Below are positions 1 through 6,705 of a stretch of DNA of 26,172 nt, one piece after another. Source of the DNA: Clostridiaceae bacterium (GTDB lineage Bacteria > Bacillota > Clostridia > Oscillospirales > Acutalibacteraceae). The DNA lies in assembly GCA_904502215.1 (NCBI GenBank), contig CAJGDQ010000001.1, positions 1 to 26,172 of the forward strand, read 5' to 3'. Both the position numbers and the translations under genes were made by a program. The notes beneath the pieces were generated by a model that did no database searches, was not told the origin of the DNA, and saw nothing but the letters and a program-made list of their open reading frames with translations. Position 1 is the stretch's first letter; every line of letters starts with the position of its first letter.

Positions 1-1
1 C

Positions 2-259
2 AAAAGAAGCCCTGTTTTCAGAATAGGCGGGGATGAGTTTTTGGCAGTTCTTCAACATAGAGATTTAGAAAATTGCGAAAAATTATTTGCACAGTTGGAT
101 TTAGAATGCTCAAATACCTATATAAAAGAAAAGGAAGAAATTCCCGTTAGCATCGCAAGAGGCTTTGCGGCATTTGAATTGGAGCAGGACTTATGTTTCA
201 ATGACGTATTCAAGCGTGCCGATAAAGCTATGTATGAAAACAAAAAGGTTAAGGTTTAA
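2..259 (+). CDS. GGDEF-domain protein (diguanylate cyclase), C-terminal part; 5' end outside the window
   Basis: The frame from base 2 reads KRSPVFRIGGDEFLAVL...SIARGFAAF...VFKRADKAMYENKK*. It has the GGDEF signature and the typical ADxAMYxxK tail. The ORF-track start at 41 is an artefact of truncation. Confidence 0.93.
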   Translation, partial: KRSPVFRIGGDEFLAVLQHRDLENCEKLFAQLDLECSNTYIKEKEEIPVSIARGFAAFELEQDLCFNDVFKRADKAMYENKKVKV

Positions 260-420
260 GCAAGACGACTTATAAAATTTCTTGCCGATTTGATAAAAGA
301 GAAATAATTATACTTTTTAAACACAAATAAAATGAAAAATCCTAAACTGTTTTATTCGTATTGTTTAAAATACACAAAACGATTGAAGTATTTTCGTTAC
401 CTAAAATGTAGTAATAGTTA

Positions 421-449
421 TTGACAGTTGCGCTAATATATGGCATAAT
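421..449 (+). promoter_or_regulatory. sigmaA-type promoter for the 507-2024 operon
   Basis: TTGACA (421-426), 17-bp spacer, TGg-CATAAT (444-449; extended -10). Confidence 0.8.
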
Positions 450-459
450 ACATAAAGAA

Positions 460-478
460 TAATATGTTCTACATATTA
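460..478. promoter_or_regulatory. Perfect inverted repeat, candidate operator
   Basis: TAATATGT-TCT-ACATATTA, just downstream of the predicted transcription start. Confidence 0.4.
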
Positions 479-506
479 GAAGAAAGTTTAGGTTAGGTGT
501 ATACTA

Positions 507-623
507 ATGAAGAAAAAGTTTGAACTTCCGGAGATTTCCATTTATAGTATCGAAGCAGATGTTATTGTTACCAGCATGCCTATAATCGGCGGCGATAACG
601 ATGATTCCTGGGAAGGTCTTTAA
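507..623 (+). CDS. 38-aa small protein (not in the ORF track): MKKKFELPEISIYSIEADVIVTSMPIIGGDNDDSWEGL
   Basis: ATG at 507, preceded by AGGTGT (495-500); TAA at 621-623. It is the first ORF after the strong promoter. It fits the MKKx[YF]xxPxI...D[VI]IxTS pattern of small peptides. Confidence 0.8.
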   Translation: MKKKFELPEISIYSIEADVIVTSMPIIGGDNDDSWEGL

Positions 624-652
624 ACCAAATGGTGTAAATGGAGGAAAATGAT

Positions 653-1627
653 ATGAAAAACTTTAAGAAGATTTTAGTTTTGGCTTTAGCTGTTGTTATG
701 TGTTTAACTGCTTTATCTGTAACTGCTTTTGCTGATGGATTCAATCCCGAAATCAAAATCAGTGCTCGTTTTGATGAAAATGGCGAAAAAATCATTGCTG
801 CAGTTGTTACATCTCAAGAATGTGGTGCTATTTCGGGCGTTATCACATTCACTTCAAATGTAGAATTTGATGCCGCTGCTTCAAAATTCATTGAAGAGAA
901 CGATGATATTAAATATAACAAGCTCAGCGATACAAGCGTTAAGTTCGTTATCCTTGCAAATGATATGCAAAATGGCAATAAGCATTGGGCTGATTTGCAT
1001 TTCAACATTAAGAGCAAAGGGGATATAACCTTTACTCTTAGCGATGTTGATGTTTGCGATGTTAATGAAACTCTTGTTAAGAATAGCCTGTCCGTTAAGG
1101 GCGCAACCATAACACTCACTGATAATGAGCTCAGAACTTTAGGCGCTCAGTATCGTGCTGAGAACCCTGCATTGCGTTTTGGTGCAAAGCTTAATAGAAA
1201 TATTGCTGATAACACCTTGGGAGATACCAATAAAGTTGCTATCCGTTGCGGATTTATTGCCGGTTTTGAATTTAAAATTGGCAAGGGCACTCAGGTTGTT
1301 GCAACCGATTTTGATAGTAAAACAGGCGCTTTCAGCACTGTTTCCAAGGGTGCAGTTATTAAGCAGGCTAAATATTGCCTAGAAAGCACTGATGATTATA
1401 TGATTTATACATATGCTGTAACCGGCATTACCGATACCAGCAAAACAACAACCGATAAGGGCGAAGAATATGTTAAAGATTTAGCTATTGTTGCAAGACC
1501 TTATGTTGTTTATAAGAATGCTGATGGAACTTATGGAATTGATTACGGCGCACAGATAAGCAAGTCTTATGCTGATGTTAAAGCTGCTTCTACTTTACTT
1601 GATAGTTCGTTAGGATATGAAAGCTGA
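653..1627 (+). CDS. Secreted/surface protein: signal peptide, cohesin-like beta-sandwich and an uncharacterised C-terminal beta-rich domain
   Basis: RBS GGAGGA at 640-645, ATG at 653. MKNFKKILVLALAVVMCLTALSVTAFA|DG is a Sec/SPI signal. The N-domain has cohesin-like alternating strands (GAISGVITFT...ADLHFNIK...ITFTLSDVDVCD...GATIT). The C-domain has LGAQYR..ALRFGA...YAVTGI...IVARPYVVY...YG. Confidence 0.75.
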   Translation: MKNFKKILVLALAVVMCLTALSVTAFADGFNPEIKISARFDENGEKIIAAVVTSQECGAISGVITFTSNVEFDAAASKFIEENDDIKYNKLSDTSVKFVILANDMQNGNKHWADLHFNIKSKGDITFTLSDVDVCDVNETLVKNSLSVKGATITLTDNELRTLGAQYRAENPALRFGAKLNRNIADNTLGDTNKVAIRCGFIAGFEFKIGKGTQVVATDFDSKTGAFSTVSKGAVIKQAKYCLESTDDYMIYTYAVTGITDTSKTTTDKGEEYVKDLAIVARPYVVYKNADGTYGIDYGAQISKSYADVKAASTLLDSSLGYES

Positions 1628-1628
1628 T

Positions 1629-2024
1629 ATGAAAAACTTATTAAGGTTAGTTACTGTTAGTTTGCTTGTTTTATGTTTTGTTTTTGCAGTGGGTTGCGGA
1701 AAAAAGGATAAAAAGCCTGTTGTTGACCCTTCTGAAAACCAAATGCCAACTCTTCCTTCAAGCGTTGAAGATGTTGAGGAAGGTAGCGATGTGATAGGTC
1801 AGGATAATGCGGATGATGTTAACGATTTGCTAAACCCTGATAATTATGATGACAAACAAAACAGTGAAGAAAGCAAACCTTCTTCCAATAATTCAACCAC
1901 TTCTTCAAGTGAATCAACTCCATCTTCTAATGATTCCAGTAAGCCTGTTTCGGATAATAACCAAATGGCAACCGAGTCTGAGAAGAACACAGGGGATTAT
2001 GATACTCCGGGTTGGATTTTATAA
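1629..2024 (+). CDS. Lipoprotein with an acidic, Ser/Asn/Asp-rich disordered body and a C-terminal GDYDTPGWIL tail
   Basis: MKNLLRLVTVSLLVLCFVFAVG|C has a lipobox; the rest is low complexity. Alternative start at 1617. Confidence 0.8.
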   Translation: MKNLLRLVTVSLLVLCFVFAVGCGKKDKKPVVDPSENQMPTLPSSVEDVEEGSDVIGQDNADDVNDLLNPDNYDDKQNSEESKPSSNNSTTSSSESTPSSNDSSKPVSDNNQMATESEKNTGDYDTPGWIL

Positions 2025-2034
2025 TTTCAATTTT

Positions 2035-2069
2035 AAAAACCAAGTTGTTTTTAACAGCTTGGTTTTTTT
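2035..2069 (+). terminator. Intrinsic terminator closing the peptide/surface-protein operon
   Basis: AAAAACCAAGTTGTT-TTT-AACAGCTTGGTTTTTTT. Confidence 0.85.
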
Positions 2070-2070
2070 G

Positions 2071-2099
2071 TTGAATTATGGTTAATATTTGTGTATAAT
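2071..2099 (+). promoter_or_regulatory. sigmaA promoter of greA
   Basis: TTGAAT (2071-2076)-N17-TATAAT (2094-2099). Confidence 0.7.
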
Positions 2100-2118
2100 T
2101 AAAATAGGCGGTGATAAA

Positions 2119-2622
2119 ATGTATGATGAATTAACTCGGGTTGATATAAAGAAAATGAAAGAAGAACTTGAATATAGAATCGGAGTTGTTAGGCCTAAAA
2201 TTCTTGAGGAAGTGAAGTTTACCCGTTCCTTTGGTGATTTATCTGAGAATTTTGAATATCACGCCGCTAAGCGAGAGCGAGGCAAGAACGAAAGCCGAAT
2301 AAGGTATCTAAGAAATATGATAAAAACCGCCGTTATTATTGATACTAAAAGTGATGATGATAAGGTTGGTTTATTTGATACAGTTACCTATTTTTCTGAG
2401 GAAGATGGAGAAGAAGAAACCGTTAGGATTTCAACCTCACTTCGCCGAGACCCTTTTAATAGAATTATTAGTAAAGAATCCCCTTTGGGTAGCGCTCTTA
2501 TGGGTAAAAAGGTTGGTGATAGGGTAGAGGTTAAAATCTCTTTGCAAGACAGTTACTTTATAGTTATCAAGAAAATAGAAAAAGGCTCTGATGATGAGAG
2601 CCTTGAAATCAGGAAATACTAA
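2119..2622 (+). CDS. greA: GreA/GreB-family transcription elongation factor
   Basis: GDLSENFEYHAAK and ISKESPLGSALMGKKVGD motifs. RBS GGCGGTGA lies before ATG 2119. Confidence 0.92.
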   Translation: MYDELTRVDIKKMKEELEYRIGVVRPKILEEVKFTRSFGDLSENFEYHAAKRERGKNESRIRYLRNMIKTAVIIDTKSDDDKVGLFDTVTYFSEEDGEEETVRISTSLRRDPFNRIISKESPLGSALMGKKVGDRVEVKISLQDSYFIVIKKIEKGSDDESLEIRKY

Positions 2623-2646
2623 AAGCACCCGTTTGGGTGCTTTTTT
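2621..2646. terminator. Bidirectional intrinsic terminator between convergent greA and asnB
   Basis: AAAAGCACCC-GTTT-GGGTGCTTTTTT. Confidence 0.88.
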
Positions 2647-4183
2647 ATCTTTTAACGAAATATTCTTCATACCAAACGAGGAAGGTATAAATAGTCCAAA
2701 CCTTGCGCCAGTTATCTGAATTTCCGCCGATATATTCATCGAATATTGCGTTAATTTCAGCTTTGTTAAAGAACTTGTCCGCAATATCGCTATTAAACTT
2801 TTCTCTAACATCGGCATTATATCTTTCGTCCGCCATCCACATACGGATAGGAACTACGAAGCCAAGCTTTTTGCGAAAGGCAATATCATAGGGTAAAACC
2901 TTTGCGGCGGCAGTTCTTAAAGCTACCTTGTTTTGCTCCTCGTTAACCTTAAATGATGAGGGCATACGGGAAGCAATATCAAAAATTCTCATATCTGTTA
3001 AGGGCATTCTAACTTCGAGTCCTGCGGCACGGCTCATTTTATCAACATTGAGATAAATATCTCCCTCGAGCCATACCTGAATATCAACATCGGACATTTT
3101 AGAAAGTGGGTCAAGACCTTCGTTTTCAGTATAAATTTCGCGAACCAAATCAATCGGCTCAAAATTCTCATAATATTTTTTAAGGATTTTGCGCTTTTCT
3201 TCCTCTTTCATAATGTTGGTATTACCAACATAGAAATCTTTGAGATTATCGCCATATCTTTCGGCGTTGCGATACATATTGTATCCACCGAAAAATTCAT
3301 CGGCGCCCTCGCCCGAATAACAAATCTTAGTGCCCTTTGCGGTTGCTATGCAGCCAAGCGCAAAAGCTACTGCCGAAGCATCTCCCAAAGGCTGCTCCAT
3401 ATTATACATAACATAAGGAACAATAGAAAAATAATCCTCAGGAGTTATAAGGCAACGGTTGAATTTGCGGTTTAAAATGCTTGCGGTTTCCTTTGCAAGA
3501 CCCGATTCATCAAGCCTGCTGTCATCATATCCGCAGCTGTTACAAGCCTTAGCATCCGAAACGGCTAAAACATAGGAAGAATCAACCCCGCCCGATAAAA
3601 AGCTCTCAACATATTCGTCCTCGGTTTTAACCTCTTTCATAATATCATTGAGGGTTGAATGAATTTCATCAGCCCATTCTTCGAGGGATTTTGAATTGTC
3701 AGGGCAAAATTCGGGTTTGAAATAACGGCCAATTTCAATTTTACCATTTTTAAAGATTAAATATCTTCCGGGTAAAAGCTTTTTAACACCCTTAAAGAAG
3801 GTTTCCTCACCTGTGGTATAGGTCATAGTGAGGTAAATTTGAAGCATTTTTTGGTTTAATTCTTTTTTAAAGCTTTCTTCCTCCATAATCTCTCTGATGG
3901 TTGTTCCATAAAAAAGATTATTGCTATCATCAAGATAATAATAAAAGGGTTTTGTTCCAAATTGGTCTCGAAGGCAAAATAGGGTATCGGTTTCATTATC
4001 AAAAAGGGCAAAGCTAAACATACCATAAATATGGTTTGCCATAGTTTTTCCCCATTTTTCAAAAGCCTTAATAATTATTTGTTCTTCCTTTTCACTTCGT
4101 GGAAGAGAAGGGTTAACTCCTAATTCCTCGCATAAAGACTTATGATTGCGGATATGACCGCTATATTTTTTCAAAACTATCAT
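2645..4183 (-). CDS. asnB: Asparagine synthase (AsnB)-family protein with a truncated glutamine amidotransferase domain
   Basis: GMFSFAL...RDQFGTKPFYY, LSGGVDSS, SGEGADEFFGGY, DKMS..GLEVRMP and RKKLGF motifs. There is no N-terminal MCG. It has its own RBS (GAGGG) 8 nt upstream. Confidence 0.88.
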   Translation of the reverse strand: MIVLKKYSGHIRNHKSLCEELGVNPSLPRSEKEEQIIIKAFEKWGKTMANHIYGMFSFALFDNETDTLFCLRDQFGTKPFYYYLDDSNNLFYGTTIREIMEEESFKKELNQKMLQIYLTMTYTTGEETFFKGVKKLLPGRYLIFKNGKIEIGRYFKPEFCPDNSKSLEEWADEIHSTLNDIMKEVKTEDEYVESFLSGGVDSSYVLAVSDAKACNSCGYDDSRLDESGLAKETASILNRKFNRCLITPEDYFSIVPYVMYNMEQPLGDASAVAFALGCIATAKGTKICYSGEGADEFFGGYNMYRNAERYGDNLKDFYVGNTNIMKEEEKRKILKKYYENFEPIDLVREIYTENEGLDPLSKMSDVDIQVWLEGDIYLNVDKMSRAAGLEVRMPLTDMRIFDIASRMPSSFKVNEEQNKVALRTAAAKVLPYDIAFRKKLGFVVPIRMWMADERYNADVREKFNSDIADKFFNKAEINAIFDEYIGGNSDNWRKVWTIYTFLVWYEEYFVKR

Positions 4184-4213
4184 TTTTAAAACCCTCTAAA
4201 ATTTTATACCGTT

Positions 4214-4242
4214 ATATTACCATATTTTTCGACATAATTCAA
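4214..4242 (-). promoter_or_regulatory. sigmaA-type promoter of the asnB-like gene
   Basis: Minus strand: TTGAAT-N17-TAATAT with TG extension. Confidence 0.6.
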
Positions 4243-4290
4243 CATATATTATATTCCGCAATTTATTATTTCCAAATTAAAGCTAAAAAT

Positions 4291-4320
4291 AAAAAAGCAC
4301 TTCTTTTTTGAAGTGCTTTT
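4291..4320 (-). terminator. Intrinsic terminator of tspO
   Basis: AAAAGCACTTC-TTTTTT-GAAGTGCTTTT directly after the tspO stop; gives a U-tract on the minus strand. Confidence 0.82.
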
Positions 4321-4791
4321 TTATTTTAAAATCCAAATTGCTAAGGTTAGATATCCTGCAAAGCTTACCCATATAGCATAGGGGATTTGAAGATATGCGG
4401 CAAGAGGTTTTATTTTATAATATTTTAGAATTGTGTTTATTATTAGATATAACAATAAAACAAGCCATATAAAAGCAAAGAAAAATGCTCTGAAATTAAA
4501 GAAAATAATGCTCCAAAAGAAGTTTACAATAAGGCTTAATGCGTATGTATAGAGTGCTGATTTCTTTTGCGCCATTGAAGCTTTTCTATCGTTATAAATC
4601 ATAGCGGCACTTATTCCCATAAGGATAAAAAGAATAGTCCAAACAACAGGGAAAAGCCAAGATGGAGGAGCAAGAGGCGGGGTTATAATCTCCTCATATA
4701 TTCCCATACTACCGCCTGTAACTAAAGCTGAAAGCCCGCCTACCAATAAGGCAATTCCGATTGAAATAGCATAAACTAAAATATTTTCCAT
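4321..4791 (-). CDS. tspO: TspO/MBR family tryptophan-rich membrane sensory protein
   Basis: PPLAPPSWLFPVVWTILFILMGIS, NFFWSIIFF and LQIPYAIWVSFAGYL; about five TM segments. Confidence 0.93.
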   Translation of the reverse strand: MENILVYAISIGIALLVGGLSALVTGGSMGIYEEIITPPLAPPSWLFPVVWTILFILMGISAAMIYNDRKASMAQKKSALYTYALSLIVNFFWSIIFFNFRAFFFAFIWLVLLLYLIINTILKYYKIKPLAAYLQIPYAIWVSFAGYLTLAIWILK

Positions 4792-4847
4792 TTGATTTCA
4801 CCGTCCTTTTAAAATATACTGAATAAAGCTTTTTAATATGCTAAAAC

Positions 4848-4876
4848 TTGCTAATTTTCAGTATATATGATAAAAT
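4848..4876 (+). promoter_or_regulatory. sigmaA promoter of the epimerase-glycosyltransferase pair
   Basis: TTGCTA (4848-4853)-N17-TGa-TAAAAT (4871-4876). Confidence 0.6.
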
Positions 4877-4905
4877 GATTATATAAATTTCTAAGGAGTT
4901 AAATT

Positions 4906-5784
4906 ATGAACAATATAATTAAAAATGAGTTTTTAACCGTTGAAATTAGTGAACTTGGTGCTGAGCTTCAGTCTATCAAAGATAACGAGGGCAACGAATA
5001 TCTTTGGCAGGGGGATGAAAAATATTGGGATGGCAAAGCTCCGAATATTTTCCCTTATGTTGCAAGACTAACCGAAAAGAAATATACCCTTTTCGGCAAT
5101 ACATATAGTATGGGAACTCATGGCTTTGCAAGAAATTCAGTTTTTGAGGCTGAGCAAATTTCTGATACAGAGGTAATTTTTACACTTTGCGAAACGCCTG
5201 AAACCTTAAAACAATACCCCTATAATTTTTGCTTTAAGGTTGGTTTTAAACTTGAATGTAACCGACTTGTAAATACATTCTATGTTAAAAATAACGATGA
5301 AAAGGTTATGTATTGCGGTCTTGGCGGTCATCCCGGTTTTAATGTGCCATTCGAAGATAACACCGAGTTTGAAGATTATTATCTTGAGTTTGAAAATAAA
5401 GAAGTGCCTTTACAGGTTGTATTTTCGGATGATTGCTATGTTTTGGGCAAGCAGCCTTATAAGCTTGATGGTGGTAATAAACTCCCGTTATATCATAGTC
5501 TTTTCGATAACGATGCTATTGTTTTGGAAAATGCGGGACAAACCGTTACCCTCAAATCAAAGAATGGTAAAAAAGCTATCAAAGCTTATTTCCCCGATAT
5601 GAGATATATCGGTTTTTGGCATAGGGAGAGAAGTGATGCTCCTTATGTTTGCATTGAGCCTTGGTTCTCGCTTCCTTCAAGAAAGGGAATAATTGAGGAT
5701 TTTGAAAAACAAGAAGGTCTTTTGAAATTAGAAAAAAATAAAGAATATAAAACCGAAATTTCTTTTGAAATTATAGGTATATAA
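4906..5784 (+). CDS. Aldose 1-epimerase family protein (LacX-like)
   Basis: GAELQSI...EYLWQGD..W...AP.IFP, HGFAR, GGHPGFN and YVCIEPW motifs. Confidence 0.92.
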   Translation: MNNIIKNEFLTVEISELGAELQSIKDNEGNEYLWQGDEKYWDGKAPNIFPYVARLTEKKYTLFGNTYSMGTHGFARNSVFEAEQISDTEVIFTLCETPETLKQYPYNFCFKVGFKLECNRLVNTFYVKNNDEKVMYCGLGGHPGFNVPFEDNTEFEDYYLEFENKEVPLQVVFSDDCYVLGKQPYKLDGGNKLPLYHSLFDNDAIVLENAGQTVTLKSKNGKKAIKAYFPDMRYIGFWHRERSDAPYVCIEPWFSLPSRKGIIEDFEKQEGLLKLEKNKEYKTEISFEIIGI

Positions 5785-5785
5785 A

Positions 5786-6658
5786 ATGAAAAAAGTTTTA
5801 AGAAAATTGCTTTATGGCAGGCTAAACCCTTTGTTTCGCCTTGTTATAAGATTTTTAATGGCTTTTGAATATTCAGTTTTGAGTGCTTTTTGGTTTTTGA
5901 AGGGCGGAAGAAAGCCTGATAGGCAAAGCCAAAAGAATATGGCCGAAAAGGTTACTGTTATTTTTAAGTCCTTTGAACGCCAAAAATTTGCCAGACAGTT
6001 ATATAAAAATATCAGAAGCTATTATCCTGATATAAAGATTATTATTGCTGATGATAGTGAGAAACCTTTAGAGCTTGAGGGTGAAAATCTAGAGGTTATA
6101 AATCTGCCCTTTAATAGTGGTTTATCCTATGGTATCATTAAGGCTCTTGAAAGGGTGAAAACCCCTTATGTTATAAGGCTTGATGATGATGAGCTTTTAA
6201 CCCCTTTTTCAAATTTTCATAAGCATTTAAGCTTTCTTGAAAGGGAAGATAGGGTTGATTTAGTTGCGGTTTCTTTCCGCCAGGCATTAAGAAGCAGAAG
6301 CCTTGAGGAAACTGCTGAAAGCTTTTATAAACAGGATATGCGAAATGCATATAAACCTCTTATAATACCTCATAAAACCAAGATAGAGGATTATTTTGTT
6401 GTTGGCAAACCGCCAAATATTTTTATTGCAAGAACTGATTCTTTAAGAAAGGTTGGTTATGATAAAAATATCAGAATGATAGACCACCACGAGTTTTTTC
6501 TTAGAGCTTCGGGGGAGATAGTATCATGCTTTGAGCCTTGTTCCTTTGTTTATCATAGACATGATTTTTCAGATATGCATTATCTTAAATACCGCTCGGA
6601 TTATCAGGGTGATAAGGAATATATAAGGGCTAAAATTCTAAAGGAACTTGACAAATAA
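5786..6658 (+). CDS. GT-A fold glycosyltransferase (GT2-like annotation; resembles B4GALNT/GT12)
   Basis: VTVIFKSFER, IIIADDS, VKTPYVIRLDDD (DxD motif) and HHEFFL; hydrophobic N-terminal segment. Confidence 0.88.
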   Translation: MKKVLRKLLYGRLNPLFRLVIRFLMAFEYSVLSAFWFLKGGRKPDRQSQKNMAEKVTVIFKSFERQKFARQLYKNIRSYYPDIKIIIADDSEKPLELEGENLEVINLPFNSGLSYGIIKALERVKTPYVIRLDDDELLTPFSNFHKHLSFLEREDRVDLVAVSFRQALRSRSLEETAESFYKQDMRNAYKPLIIPHKTKIEDYFVVGKPPNIFIARTDSLRKVGYDKNIRMIDHHEFFLRASGEIVSCFEPCSFVYHRHDFSDMHYLKYRSDYQGDKEYIRAKILKELDK

Positions 6659-6676
6659 ACATTTGTTCGGTATAAT
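6648..6676 (+). promoter_or_regulatory. Consensus sigmaA promoter with an embedded LexA/DinR (SOS)-like box
   Basis: TTGACA (6648-6653)-N17-TATAAT (6671-6676). The spacer holds AAAC-ATTT-GTTCG (6657-6669), one mismatch from the Firmicute GAAC-N4-GTTC. Confidence 0.75.
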
Positions 6677-6705
6677 GAATGTAAGCTTTTTGCGGTGGTG
6701 ATTAA

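Noticed and set aside
260..420. Possible riboswitch/ncRNA (e.g. c-di-GMP) between the GGDEF gene and the surface operon
   Set aside because: No recognisable aptamer motifs, only weak AT-rich pairing, and it lies upstream of the predicted promoter. An Infernal/Rfam scan would settle it.
507..4183. Lasso peptide cluster: a peptide with an FxxPxI leader, Thr at -2 and Asp at core positions 7/9, plus a Cys-less AsnB as the cyclase
   Set aside because: No transglutaminase-like leader peptidase, PqqD/RRE or ABC exporter is in the window. The AsnB is in a separate, convergent transcription unit beyond greA and keeps close canonical AsnB motifs. A Met-Pro core start is atypical. It is not excluded in trans, but there is no support here.
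4853..4867. CodY-like box AATTTTCAGTATATA in the epimerase promoter
   Set aside because: Three mismatches to AATTTTCWGAAAATT in very AT-rich DNA; not distinguishable from chance.
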